From the IMG/VR virus record IMGVR_UViG_3300015371_000001, positions 32,001-96,000 of that record: a stretch of 64,000 nt of DNA, one strand, 5' to 3'. The notes beneath the pieces were generated by a model. The model was not told the DNA's origin. It made no database searches and saw nothing but the letters and a program-made list of their open reading frames with translations. Made by a program: the position numbers and the translations under genes. Positions 45,720-55,978 of this stretch are shown piece after piece; the stretch's first letter is position 1; every line of letters starts with the position of its first letter. The DNA comes from a virus.

Positions 45720-48700
45720 ATGGCCATCTCACTAGTAGGAGTCACCAACGCGCCAGGCGCGACGGCGGCGGTCACGACGTTCGCCACCAACGTTCCCGCA
45801 GGCGTGGCGAATGGCGATCTCCTGCTGTGGACGCTGGTCACCAACAGCATCAACCCCGCGACAGCGCAGGCTGGGTGGAGCACCTGGTCGACGGGGACGA
45901 CGACAGGTCTGAGCCAGACGACGTTCTGGCGGTACGCCTCCTCTGAGCCAGCGAGCTACACAGCCACGGGGCTGGGTTCTGGTCGTTGGGGTGGCGCGAT
46001 GGTGGCCTACCGAGGCGTCGACCAGACGACGCCTCAGGACATCAGCTTCCCTGCTTCGAACCAGGGCACGACGGCGACGACGTATCCACAGGTTTCACCG
46101 ATCACCTCGGGAGCCTGGATCGTTCCGATTGGCTCGATTGTTGGTCCGTCAGCCGTGGTTGATGTCACCTGGGTGGCAGGGAACGTCGATGTACTCGACA
46201 CCGACGCTGGATCGAACACCGGCTCGACCAACGAGTTCGTCTGCCACGGGCACGAGTTGTGGACCTCCGGCTCCTTTACGCCGACCGGTCCTACGACTGG
46301 CACCACGTCGACCCGGACTTTGGGTACGACGACGGTCATCCGGCCTAGCGTTGGGGCGAGCAACGCCGTCGATCACCCGACTAGTGCAACGTTCGGTGGT
46401 CCGGCTGAGGTTGTGCTGATCGAGACGATTGACATTGTCACCACCGCAGGGGCGACAGTCTCGGTTGGTAACCCGAGCCGTGAGATCGTGCAGGTCGTCT
46501 CCGCTGGCGACACCGTCGTCATTGACCGGCCAACTGCCTTCACTGTTGGAGAGGGAGCGACTGAGACAGTTTCGGCTCCGGTCATCCCGACGGTGTCGGT
46601 GATTGATACGCCAAACGGCGTTCTCATTGGAGGTCGTAGCTCTGGTGAGGCTGTTGATCAGGGCGTCACGATCACCCCAGCGCCAGGTACCGGTACCGGG
46701 CTGAACGTTGAGGTACGCCGATACCTCGATGATACGAATTGGGTCCTGATCGAGTCCTCCACTACTGAGCGCAAGGGCTACATCAGCGTTGAGGCATCGC
46801 TGTTGTACGACGAGCCGGGATTCATGAACCTGGTGGTCGACTCACAGTGCGCGGCAGAGCAGGGCTTGGCAGACCAGGTCGTGATCGGTATTGGCTTGAT
46901 CTACCCGCAGTCGGCCAGTCAAGAGTTCGCTCGGTACACCATCGAGTCCAGCCAGAAGGAGGTTCTGTTCGATGGCCGGGTGGCCTGGACCTTCAGTGGA
47001 CGGAGTTTCTTCGCTCGGCTAGAGGATGCCAAGGTCTACCCGAGCGCCTGGCCGAGCCCGATTCCCGCAGGGCACGGCTTCGTGAACGCCACGGCTGGCA
47101 CCCAGATGCGTACGCTCGGGGCTCGTGCGCAGGAGCGTGGCACGATCATCGATCTGGACTTCGAGACCTTCACAGGCGTCAAGACTTCAGACAACCAGGC
47201 GTGGGACAAGATCACCTCGGTCGAGTTCGGCAGTGGTCAGTCGTACCTCGAAGCGCTCCAGGACATGATCACCAAGGGTCTGTGCGAGGCAGAGATGGTG
47301 GGCAAGTCCCTCCGGCTCTACAACGCCGACTCGACGCTCTCGGTGCATCACAGCGACATCTTCTTCCAGAGCGGAGACAACCTCGCGCAGATGGACCGGG
47401 AGACCGACTCTCGGGATCTCGGCAACGTCATCCTCATCGAGGGCGACCAGGGAGCGGCGCAGGAGTACGTCGATACCGGGGCCGTCAACAACTTGGGTCG
47501 TCGACGTGAGCGCTACGTCAGTCACGGCGGCATCACCGACACCGGCACGCTGAGGGTGCTGGCACAGGCAGAGGCCGACCAGTACAAGCAGGTCCTCGAA
47601 GAAGTCAACATCGAGATCGCTGAGTTCGCGGACTACCCCCAGCCGTTCAAGGACTACAAGCCTGGCCATTGGGTGTGGCTCCAGCGCGACACCGGGTACC
47701 AGGAAGTCCGCGTCCGGCAGTTGTCGGTGTCGGCTTCGGGCGACAAGGTCAGTGCCGCTGTCACGCTGAACGACAAGATCGCCGAGCAGTTGCTTGTGCT
47801 CCAGCGCAAGATCGACGCGATCACGGGAGAGACGCAGTACGGCGCGATCTCCAACCCCGACAAGGCAGACACCTCGACCCCGAGCCCGCCGCTTGGGGTG
47901 ACGCTGACTTCGTCGGCCTACACCTTGCCGTCCGGTACGACCAATGCGCAGATCACCGTGCAGTGGCTCGCGCCGGTCACCAACATCGATACGACGACGT
48001 TGGACGACCTGGGTGGCTTCGACATTCAGTACAAGCTGGGCACTGAAGCCTGGACCCCGATGGGCGAGGTTGACTCAGCTACGTTGTCGGCGTACGCCAG
48101 CGGCCTGCCGACGGGGAAGCAGGTGCAGGCTCGGGTCCGGGCCAAGGACACGAGCATTCACGTCTCGGACTGGACGTTCTCGAACACCACGACGACGGCA
48201 GGGGACGGAGATCCCCCTGACCAGCCATCGACTCCGGTGGTCTCCTCGGCTCCGTTGGCGCTGCGGGTCGATTGGGATGGGCTGTCGGCGACCGGTGGCT
48301 CGATGCCGAACGACGTGTATCAGGTGTGGGTCTGCGCTTCCAAGACATCTGGGTTCATTCCGAGCGCAGCCAACCGTCAGCAGATCATGGGCAAGGGTCA
48401 GCAGACGGTCTACCTGATTGACCTGGAGTACGGCGCGACGTACTACGTCCGGCTGGTCGCGATTGACTTCATGGGCAACACCTCGCCTCCCTCGAACGAG
48501 GGCAGCGCTGTCATGCCACAGATCCACACCGAGGATGTGGCCGACGGGCTGATCACTGAGTTGAAGCTGGCGCAGAATGCCGTCACGACCGACAAGATCT
48601 TCCCGGAGGCTGTGACCACCGAGAAGTTGGTGGTCGGTGCCTTCGCTCCGACGGCGATCCCCAACGCCGGGTTTGAGGATGCGAAGTCAGGCAACCCGAC

Positions 48701-50969
48701 CGAGCCTGCCGCTTGGTTCCGGAACGGTCAGGTAGGAGCCGGTGTCCCGATGGTGCGGGATACCTCCAGCCCGATCTCTGGTGGTGCCAGTGTCCGACTG
48801 GACCCGACGCCTACAGACGGCCAGACGATTGTCTCCTCGCCCATTGACGTGACACCTGACACTGCGTACCAGGTGTCCGTTCGGTTGAAGTCCAGCAACG
48901 ACCCGCCGACGACCACGCCACCATCGCCTCAGACGGTGGGCACGGTTGCTTCCGGTACGGCGGGTGTGACCCCAGGGCTCCCTTCAGGTACGTCGACCAA
49001 CGACATCCTCTTGCTCTACACGCAGTGCGCCGGAGGAGAGACGGTTGCGACACCGTCGGGTTACACGCTGGAGGCGTCCTCCTCGGTGGGCAGTGGTGCT
49101 ACCGGCACCAAGGCGCAGTTGTTCTGGAAGCGCGCAGGTGGCTCGGAGACGGCCCCAACGATTGCTGACCCAGGAGATCACGTCATCGCCATCATGCAGC
49201 GCGTGAGCGGCTGTGTGACGACAGGAAGCCCCTTCTCTGGCACTTCGGTGGCCAGCAATGAGGGCTCTGCCGATACCTCCGGCACCGTGACCGGCATGAC
49301 GACGTTGCACAACAACACGTTGGTCATGTCGTTCACTACTGGTCAGCGCACGGTGGCAGCCGACGGTACGACGGAGTATTCGGCGTACGCCAACTCGGAC
49401 CTCGCTTCCATCACGGAGTACATCGACCAAGTCCGGAACATCGGAATCGATGGCTCGATTGGTGTGGCTGGCGGTGTGGTCTCCGCTGCCGGAATGGTCG
49501 GCGACACGACGTACACGCAGGCTGGTGCGGCGCTCAAGGCGAGCATCATGTTCGCTCTGCAACCTGTTCCGATCATCGGTAGCGTCAACGTCAAGGTCGA
49601 AGTCCAGACGGCCCCGAACGAGACTGGTTTGGACACGGCACCGACGGTCCAGACGATCTACGCCTCGGGTGCAGGCACGACACCGATCACCGCAGAGATC
49701 GACGGTGGAGTATCGATCCCGAGTACGCATAAGTTCGCCAGGATCGCGCTCACTGGAAACCCGTTGGCCAGCCCGTACTCGGTCTGGTTTGACGATGTCG
49801 TCTTGGCCAAGATCGTCGGCACCGCGCAGATCGCTAACCTGGCTGTGATTGACGCCAAGATCCAGAACATGTCGGCCAGCAAGATCACGGTCGGCACGCT
49901 CCTGGCAGACATCACGTTGTCGGCCAGGATCAAGACAGCCGATGTAGGCCAGCGCTTCGAGGCCAACACCACGGGCGCGCAGGTCTACCGTTCCGATGGC
50001 ACCAAGGCGGCGGAGTTGTCGCCGTCGCAGTTGGCTACCTTCGCGATGGACGGCACGACAGCACTGTTCCAGGCGCTCTCGTCTACTGGCGCGATCATCC
50101 TTCGGTCGGGAACCAGCGGTCCTCGCATCGAGATCAACTCAACGGTGGACGCGGCGAGCTTCCGGCTCTACACCGGCTCAGCGGACCAGACGGCGACTCC
50201 GGCCAAGATCACCACGGACTTCAATGACGCTGCGAGTCCTCGTGAGGCCGAGCTAGACATCATCGGCCCGAACATCGGCCAGGACATCCCGCCGAAGATC
50301 GTGTTGCTCGGGAAGAAGGAGCTTGTCGGCGGTAACCCGAACAACAACACGGTTCAGGTCACTGGTGTCCGATCCTTCAAGGTGACGACGGCTAATCACG
50401 CGACTGATGCGATCTTGGTCAACGAGCAGACCGAGCGTGTGAACGTCGAGCCGCCGTGGGTCCTCCACACCCGCGACATTGCGTCGGACTCCTACATCGG
50501 TATGTCCGGTGATAGCTGGAATATGCGAGCTAGGAACCCACCGAGCGCGCCGGGTGCGTGGGGTCAGTGGTGGGGCACCAATGGCAACGTCGCGATGACG
50601 CTCGGCGGTGATGACTCGGTCCGTTCAACCAACGCCGCAGGTGGAACGTTCAAGCCGATGCAGGCCAGTGCGTACCAGACGCCTTCCGACATCAACATCA
50701 AGCGCAAGGTCAAGGACCTGCCTGCGGGGCAACTGGAGAAGCTGAAGAACCTCCGTACCATCAGCTTCGAATACAAGAACGACCCCGAGCAGGGCACCAA
50801 GCGTGGAGTCGTCGCGCAAGAGATCGCGGAGCACATCCCAGAGGCGCACTACGTCAACGACGAGGGCGCGCAAATGGTGGACATGATGGGTCTGACGACC
50901 ACCATCTTGGAAGCCATCAAGGAGTTGGCCGTCCGGATTGAGGTACTGGAGGAGAACAATGGAGCTTGA
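45720..50969 (+). CDS. Tail tip / central fibre protein (hub, FN3, CBM-like, C-terminal S74-type chaperone)
   Basis: 1749 aa; FN3 motifs VRAKD and YYVRLVAIDFMGN; IPNAGFE CBM-like motif; PSDINIK..GVVAQEI intramolecular chaperone. Confidence 0.8.
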   Translation: MAISLVGVTNAPGATAAVTTFATNVPAGVANGDLLLWTLVTNSINPATAQAGWSTWSTGTTTGLSQTTFWRYASSEPASYTATGLGSGRWGGAMVAYRGVDQTTPQDISFPASNQGTTATTYPQVSPITSGAWIVPIGSIVGPSAVVDVTWVAGNVDVLDTDAGSNTGSTNEFVCHGHELWTSGSFTPTGPTTGTTSTRTLGTTTVIRPSVGASNAVDHPTSATFGGPAEVVLIETIDIVTTAGATVSVGNPSREIVQVVSAGDTVVIDRPTAFTVGEGATETVSAPVIPTVSVIDTPNGVLIGGRSSGEAVDQGVTITPAPGTGTGLNVEVRRYLDDTNWVLIESSTTERKGYISVEASLLYDEPGFMNLVVDSQCAAEQGLADQVVIGIGLIYPQSASQEFARYTIESSQKEVLFDGRVAWTFSGRSFFARLEDAKVYPSAWPSPIPAGHGFVNATAGTQMRTLGARAQERGTIIDLDFETFTGVKTSDNQAWDKITSVEFGSGQSYLEALQDMITKGLCEAEMVGKSLRLYNADSTLSVHHSDIFFQSGDNLAQMDRETDSRDLGNVILIEGDQGAAQEYVDTGAVNNLGRRRERYVSHGGITDTGTLRVLAQAEADQYKQVLEEVNIEIAEFADYPQPFKDYKPGHWVWLQRDTGYQEVRVRQLSVSASGDKVSAAVTLNDKIAEQLLVLQRKIDAITGETQYGAISNPDKADTSTPSPPLGVTLTSSAYTLPSGTTNAQITVQWLAPVTNIDTTTLDDLGGFDIQYKLGTEAWTPMGEVDSATLSAYASGLPTGKQVQARVRAKDTSIHVSDWTFSNTTTTAGDGDPPDQPSTPVVSSAPLALRVDWDGLSATGGSMPNDVYQVWVCASKTSGFIPSAANRQQIMGKGQQTVYLIDLEYGATYYVRLVAIDFMGNTSPPSNEGSAVMPQIHTEDVADGLITELKLAQNAVTTDKIFPEAVTTEKLVVGAFAPTAIPNAGFEDAKSGNPTEPAAWFRNGQVGAGVPMVRDTSSPISGGASVRLDPTPTDGQTIVSSPIDVTPDTAYQVSVRLKSSNDPPTTTPPSPQTVGTVASGTAGVTPGLPSGTSTNDILLLYTQCAGGETVATPSGYTLEASSSVGSGATGTKAQLFWKRAGGSETAPTIADPGDHVIAIMQRVSGCVTTGSPFSGTSVASNEGSADTSGTVTGMTTLHNNTLVMSFTTGQRTVAADGTTEYSAYANSDLASITEYIDQVRNIGIDGSIGVAGGVVSAAGMVGDTTYTQAGAALKASIMFALQPVPIIGSVNVKVEVQTAPNETGLDTAPTVQTIYASGAGTTPITAEIDGGVSIPSTHKFARIALTGNPLASPYSVWFDDVVLAKIVGTAQIANLAVIDAKIQNMSASKITVGTLLADITLSARIKTADVGQRFEANTTGAQVYRSDGTKAAELSPSQLATFAMDGTTALFQALSSTGAIILRSGTSGPRIEINSTVDAASFRLYTGSADQTATPAKITTDFNDAASPREAELDIIGPNIGQDIPPKIVLLGKKELVGGNPNNNTVQVTGVRSFKVTTANHATDAILVNEQTERVNVEPPWVLHTRDIASDSYIGMSGDSWNMRARNPPSAPGAWGQWWGTNGNVAMTLGGDDSVRSTNAAGGTFKPMQASAYQTPSDINIKRKVKDLPAGQLEKLKNLRTISFEYKNDPEQGTKRGVVAQEIAEHIPEAHYVNDEGAQMVDMMGLTTTILEAIKELAVRIEVLEENNGA

Positions 50970-51192
50970 GTCGAGTGAGGCGTTCCTGCTTGACCAGACG
51001 CAGGTGTTCATCGCGCAGATCGAGGAGTGTCAGGCGATGGTGCAGCACGCCGTGGCTCGGTCGGCTCACAACGCGGCGCTGGCCAGTCACTACCGGACTG
51101 AGTTGACCAAGACGAAAGAGGCGTTGCAGGAAGCTCAGACCCTCCTCGCCACGCTCCGTGGCACCCCGGATACCAGCGACACCGATAATTAA
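50959..51192 (+). CDS. Small coiled-coil protein
   Basis: GGAGGAG SD; overlaps the fibre gene stop. Confidence 0.6.
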   Translation: MELESSEAFLLDQTQVFIAQIEECQAMVQHAVARSAHNAALASHYRTELTKTKEALQEAQTLLATLRGTPDTSDTDN

Positions 51193-51256
51193 GGCGTGTT
51201 CCCCCCGCTCTAGACCTTGGTGGGGGAAGCCGAGGTGTCCCGTCTAGGAGGCTGGG

Positions 51257-51664
51257 GTGAGAAACAAGTGGCTGCGCTGGGCGATGGTTGCGGTGTTGCC
51301 GGTCTCCATGTCCGCCATTGGGCTGGTCTACATCTTCGGGGACCCCGAGAGGACGACAAACTCCGTGGCCTACGACGTGCATAAGGCGGTACTTCCGGTT
51401 CCGGTGTGGGGATTGTTCTTCCTGGCCATTGGGCTCTGGGAGTTGGCGGCTGCCGTCTTGAAGAACCAGTCACAGATGGTCCTAGCTAAGAGTGCCGGTG
51501 CTGGTTTTTGCTTCCTGTGGGCGTTGATGTTGGCCGGTAGCTTGCTGTTGAACCCGGACGAGGCTCCTCTGATTGCTCCTCTGTTGTTCTTGATCGTAGG
51601 TTTGTACCATCTTGTCGTTGCCGGTGTTCTCCTGCGTGACCCTGACGTGATGAGCGGGGAGTAG
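51257..51664 (+). CDS. Four-TM membrane protein (lysis cassette candidate)
   Basis: AGGAGG SD; four hydrophobic helices; CCGATAA at 51182. Confidence 0.7.
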   Translation: MRNKWLRWAMVAVLPVSMSAIGLVYIFGDPERTTNSVAYDVHKAVLPVPVWGLFFLAIGLWELAAAVLKNQSQMVLAKSAGAGFCFLWALMLAGSLLLNPDEAPLIAPLLFLIVGLYHLVVAGVLLRDPDVMSGE

Positions 51665-52021
51665 ATGAACCCCCAGATCTTCAGCTATGTCGGCCTGGTC
51701 CTGGGCATCCTCGGGTTTGTTGCTGCTGGCTTGGTTTACTTCCGTGGAGCTTGGGATAAGGCCACGATCTCCAGCTTGAAGGAGTCTCGGGATGCGCTGC
51801 TTGTCTTGGACAAGCAGAAGGGCGACCAGATCGAAAAGTTGTCGAACCGGGTCGATCATCTAGAGACGGAGAACCAGCTACTCACTGCGCTGACCACCAA
51901 GGCACCGGACGTGGAGCGCCTGACCGAGACGCTGGAAGGTTACACCGAGGCCGTTGAGTCACAGACCAAGATGATCCAGGTGGGGCTGGGCAAGGTGCTG
52001 GAGGCGATCAATGGCCAGTGA
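51665..52021 (+). CDS. Single-TM coiled-coil protein (lysis cassette candidate)
   Basis: N-terminal TM helix plus coiled coil. Confidence 0.7.
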   Translation: MNPQIFSYVGLVLGILGFVAAGLVYFRGAWDKATISSLKESRDALLVLDKQKGDQIEKLSNRVDHLETENQLLTALTTKAPDVERLTETLEGYTEAVESQTKMIQVGLGKVLEAINGQ

Positions 52022-52466
52022 GCGTGATCTGACCACCAAGGTCCTGGAGAAGGAGCAGGAAGTCCTGCACCTGGAGCGCCGGAAGGAACTGCTCCGACGC
52101 GCGTGGCGCATCATCGTGGTGGTGCTGGCTTGCGGACTGGTCGTTCTTTTGTCGTCCGTACTGCTGAAGATTAAGGACGCGGCTGAGTCGGCGGAGCACG
52201 CAGCCAAGTCAGCCGACGAGACGACCGCGATCATCAAGTCCTGTACGACGCCCAACGGGAAGTGCGCCAAGGAGGGACAGGAGGCGCAGCGTGATGCTAT
52301 CGGCAAGATCGGTGAGATCATCTACTTCTCGGCCATCTGTCAGACGCAGTTGGAGCACGAGTTCGAGCCGAACAATTACCCGGACAGTAAGTTGATCGAT
52401 TGTGTAGCTGCGAAGCTGTTCCCGGCGCAGGCACGGGATGGTTCTGTCTCAAACAGCGAAGGATAG
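52011..52466 (+). CDS. Single-TM protein with extracellular Cys (lysis cassette candidate)
   Basis: TM helix followed by SCTTPNGKC. Confidence 0.7.
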   Translation: MASERDLTTKVLEKEQEVLHLERRKELLRRAWRIIVVVLACGLVVLLSSVLLKIKDAAESAEHAAKSADETTAIIKSCTTPNGKCAKEGQEAQRDAIGKIGEIIYFSAICQTQLEHEFEPNNYPDSKLIDCVAAKLFPAQARDGSVSNSEG

Positions 52467-52502
52467 TTGGCAGTACTGAGGAGTAGGTTCTACCCTGGCA
52501 GC

Positions 52503-52802
52503 ATGAAGCGTGTGCTCATCGGAGCGGCGCTCGCAGCTACCGCTCCCCTCATCATGACATCTCCGGCCCAAGCGGACACGGAGAACTGCGCCTCTATGGC
52601 GGAGTACGACCAACTCCACTCTCTGATGTCTCCGGGATCGGTTTCGGCGTTGTTTGACATCGACGGCTGGTACATCGGCGAGAACGACAACGTGTTCAAG
52701 CGCGGCTACAAGCCGTGCTGGAACCCCGATGACAAGAAGATCGTTGTGGCCTACGACATCGATACGGCGCTGTCTGTTTGGTGGGACGTTCGCGACCGGT
52801 AG
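52503..52802 (+). CDS. Secreted small protein, copy 1
   Basis: Signal peptide MKRVLIGAAL..PAQA; paralog of 52829-53128. Confidence 0.75.
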   Translation: MKRVLIGAALAATAPLIMTSPAQADTENCASMAEYDQLHSLMSPGSVSALFDIDGWYIGENDNVFKRGYKPCWNPDDKKIVVAYDIDTALSVWWDVRDR

Positions 52803-52828
52803 TGGTACGGTCCTTCTAGGATTGGCCC

Positions 52829-53128
52829 ATGAAGCGCGTCCTCGTGGGGGCGGCGCTTACGGTGATTGCTCCCGTACTTGTCTGTCCGTCAGCCCAGGCG
52901 GACACGCCGAACTGTGCGTCGCGCCTGGAGTACACCGTCTTGCATCTGCTGATGTCTCCCACCTCCGTGGCGAACCTGTTCGATGTCTCCGGCTGGCGGA
53001 TCGGGGAGACCGACAACGTGTTCAAACGGGGGTATAAGCCATGCTGGGCTCCCAAGCGCAAGAAGATCGTGGTCGTCTACGACATCGACACCGGGCTCTC
53101 CATTCGGTGGCACATTCGCGACCGGTGA
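52829..53128 (+). CDS. Secreted small protein, copy 2
   Basis: Signal peptide; shares DNVFKRGYKPCW and YDIDT with copy 1. Confidence 0.75.
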   Translation: MKRVLVGAALTVIAPVLVCPSAQADTPNCASRLEYTVLHLLMSPTSVANLFDVSGWRIGETDNVFKRGYKPCWAPKRKKIVVVYDIDTGLSIRWHIRDR

Positions 53129-53181
53129 TCCGATAAGCCTTGTTGAGGCTGGGCAACCTGCTCGGCACCGGGAGGTATCGG

Positions 53182-53559
53182 ATGGATAGTCAACTCGGAG
53201 GAGAGCCGGTCACCCTGACGACGGCGCTCCAGGCGTTGCTCGCCGCCCTGGTGGCGTGGAACACCTTCGACCTGTCCCAGGAGCAGGCCGGTCTCATCAT
53301 GGCCGTCGCTGCGGCTGTGATCGCGGTCTATCGTGCCTGGGTCACTCGGGACACGATCCTGTCGGTCGGCCTTGGAGCAGTGAGCGCCATCATCGCGCTC
53401 GCGGCTGGGTACGGATACGTCCTCACCGACAATCAGATGGCGGCGGTGACCGGACTGGCAGCCGTGATCATCGGACTCGTCCAGCAGAATCGGACTGATC
53501 CGCTGGCATCTCCAACGTTCGCCAACGGTGCTGCGGCAGGCCCCAGATACGGCACGTAA
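53182..53559 (+). CDS. Holin-like membrane protein
   Basis: GGAGG SD; EPV..., LSQEQAG / LTDNQMA repeats and four TM helices; CCGATAA at 53130. Confidence 0.7.
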   Translation: MDSQLGGEPVTLTTALQALLAALVAWNTFDLSQEQAGLIMAVAAAVIAVYRAWVTRDTILSVGLGAVSAIIALAAGYGYVLTDNQMAAVTGLAAVIIGLVQQNRTDPLASPTFANGAAAGPRYGT

Positions 53560-53577
53560 GCACTGCGTTGTATGGCG

Positions 53578-53614
53578 TCAGCCCCGTGTCCCTCTCGGAA
53601 GGACACGGGGCTGA
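53578..53614 (+). terminator. Hairpin ending the late operon
   Basis: 14-bp stem TCAGCCCCGTGTCC / GGACACGGGGCTGA. Confidence 0.7.
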
Positions 53615-53653
53615 TGGTTGCCTATCGGACAACAACGATGTAATTCTTAGGGC

Positions 53654-54046
53654 ATGACGAAGCAGCTAATGGTTGAGGTTGAGCCTTTTGCTGCTGTTCG
53701 AAACCAGGCGCTCATGGCCTTCGGAGAGGACCCGGCCTACGCCGTCTCGATGGCGAAGCAGGCCAACACGATCCTCAACAAGCGGGCGGTGTGGCAGCTT
53801 CGCCTGGAGCTACGGGAAGCAGAAGCCAAGGCTCGGACGCTGTGTAATGCGTCCGGGTCTTTCGTATGTCGGGCTACGACTCCATGCGGGACCGGGGACT
53901 GCAAGTTCGCTGTCGGCGACTTGACGCTCCTGGAGGTGGACGACCCCACGGGGGACACCAGACGGCCACAGCGGAGTCAAGCCGGTCCGTACTCACTGGA
54001 GTCTGCCTTGCCGTCGCTCAAAGCGCTCCGGTCCTCGGCGGCGTAG
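53654..54046 (+). CDS. Hypothetical protein with Cys cluster
   Basis: CNAS..C..PCG..DC; candidate promoter TTGCCT-N17-TAATTC just upstream. Confidence 0.6.
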   Translation: MTKQLMVEVEPFAAVRNQALMAFGEDPAYAVSMAKQANTILNKRAVWQLRLELREAEAKARTLCNASGSFVCRATTPCGTGDCKFAVGDLTLLEVDDPTGDTRRPQRSQAGPYSLESALPSLKALRSSAA

Positions 54047-54080
54047 AACAGCAACACTTTTGGAACGGCCCTAGGTATCA

Positions 54081-55736
54081 GTGAGTGTGGCACTCGACGT
54101 AGCCGCCCTCCAGAAGCTCATGGCCGATGACAAGGCCCGTACTGAGGCTGCCCAGAGGGTCAAGCAGGCTCATGACTTCGATCTGCCAGCACTTCAATCC
54201 TGGAACTACGAGCCGTGCCGTCGGCACAGGGGTGAACGGACGCCTGTCCCCCTGTGCCGTCAGTGTGGGATCGTGTTCCGGCGACACCAACGTGTCGGCA
54301 TCCCTTGGCTCTACCTGACCAAGATGGCGCTGCTGGCTGACTTCGTCGGCTCGGGTAAGACGGTTCACGCCGGGGGACTGTTCGCCTTGATGCAGGAGAC
54401 CGGCGAGTTCGAGCACCGACGGGGTGTGGTTGTGGTGGGTCGACCGGCAGCCATTCTTCAGTGGCAGTCGGAGTTGAACCGGATGGTGCCTCGGCTCGAC
54501 GTGGCGGCGGCTGTCGGCTCTCGGCAGCGCCGGATCGAAACGTACCTGCATCCGTGGGACGTAATGTTGATCGGTCCGCAGATGTTGATTAACGACTACG
54601 ACACTCTGACGAGGTTTCCGATCAGCACCTTGGTGCTGGACGACCTGGACCCGCTGCGGAACCGTGAGACCAAGACGGCCTACACGATCCGGCAGTTGAA
54701 CCGGGAGGTCATGCTGGACCGGCTCGTGGTGATGTCGGCGACGCCGCTCCAGAAGAAGCTCCACGAGCTTTACCACATCCTGGAGATCGTCGGCGGTGAC
54801 TCGGTGCTGGGAACGCCGAAGCAGTTCGATCTTCGGTACGTCCGGCGCGAGAAGGTGACGGTCTACAACGAGGAGTCAGGCCGCACCTCGCAGCAAGAGC
54901 AGTTCCAGGGCTACAAGCGGTTGCCGGAGTTCAAGCGCCGGATCGCTCCCTTCACGCTGCGGCGTACGCCGGACGATCTCGATGACGTGTCGATCCCGAG
55001 GATCAATCCGGTTGATCACTGGCTGACGCTTCACGAGGGACAGGCCGAGCGGTACGCCGAGCTTCAGAGCGGCATCGTCTCCTACATTCGATCTGACGAG
55101 TTCGGACGCGCTTCAGAGATCAAGCGACAGGCTGGAGCGATGAAGCGGCTCCATGCTGCGGCTGCCATCTGTGATGGGCTCGGGACGCTGGGTCTGCCCG
55201 ACGGGCCGGGGGCTTCGGTCAAACTCGACTGGTTGATTGATGAGTTGACCGGCGACCTGGCCGACGAGAAGGCAGTCACCTTCGCGCTCTACAAGCCGAC
55301 GATCCAGGTGATTCAAGCTCGACTTGAGGTTGAGGGTATCGGGTACGAGACGATCTGGGGTCAGGACCGCAATCCCGAGCACCGCAAGGCAGCGATTGAG
55401 CGGTTCTGGGATGACCCGAGTTGTCGGATCATGCTCGGGACCACGGCCATCGAGCAGTCTGTCAACCTTCAGTGCGCTCGTCACTTGGTCAATGTCGGCC
55501 AGATCATGAACCCGGCCAGGATGCTTCAGCTTGCTGGTCGGATCGCACGGGACGGCTCGGCGTACCAGCACGTCTGGGTCCACAACCTTCGCTGTGTCGG
55601 CACTCATGAGGAGCGCTGGCTGCGCAAGCTGGAGCGCGAGCAGGCGTTGGCCAACTACATTTGGGATGAGTCGAACGATCTGTTCAAGGCCATCTCTCCG
55701 CTAGAGCTACTACAAATGATTGGTGATGTGGGATGA
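54081..55736 (+). CDS. SNF2-like (SF2) helicase/ATPase
   Basis: LADFVGSGKT, LVLDDLD, MSATPLQ, LRRT, SVNLQCA, NPARMLQLAGRIAR. Confidence 0.85.
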   Translation: MSVALDVAALQKLMADDKARTEAAQRVKQAHDFDLPALQSWNYEPCRRHRGERTPVPLCRQCGIVFRRHQRVGIPWLYLTKMALLADFVGSGKTVHAGGLFALMQETGEFEHRRGVVVVGRPAAILQWQSELNRMVPRLDVAAAVGSRQRRIETYLHPWDVMLIGPQMLINDYDTLTRFPISTLVLDDLDPLRNRETKTAYTIRQLNREVMLDRLVVMSATPLQKKLHELYHILEIVGGDSVLGTPKQFDLRYVRREKVTVYNEESGRTSQQEQFQGYKRLPEFKRRIAPFTLRRTPDDLDDVSIPRINPVDHWLTLHEGQAERYAELQSGIVSYIRSDEFGRASEIKRQAGAMKRLHAAAAICDGLGTLGLPDGPGASVKLDWLIDELTGDLADEKAVTFALYKPTIQVIQARLEVEGIGYETIWGQDRNPEHRKAAIERFWDDPSCRIMLGTTAIEQSVNLQCARHLVNVGQIMNPARMLQLAGRIARDGSAYQHVWVHNLRCVGTHEERWLRKLEREQALANYIWDESNDLFKAISPLELLQMIGDVG

Positions 55737-55978
55737 CAGATCGACTCATGACAGGGACGGCCTACCTCCAGGTCCGGAAGGATTGGGGCTCGACGTGCCG
55801 AGTCGTTCGAGCGACGCAGAACAGTCCCAGCGTGCTCGCCGATGGGTGCATCGTCGTCAAGGTCCGTATTTCTGTTCCGGCTAAAGCGTGGGAGCCACTG
55901 ACCATCGAGTTGCCGGTCGAGGTCCCTGCGGAGAAGGTTGTTCGCCCGACGCTAGAGGTGGAGGACGCCGATGGCTGA
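55733..55978 (+). CDS. Hypothetical protein
   Basis: ATGA overlap; RATQNSP..VVKVRISVP. Confidence 0.65.
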   Translation: MTDRLMTGTAYLQVRKDWGSTCRVVRATQNSPSVLADGCIVVKVRISVPAKAWEPLTIELPVEVPAEKVVRPTLEVEDADG

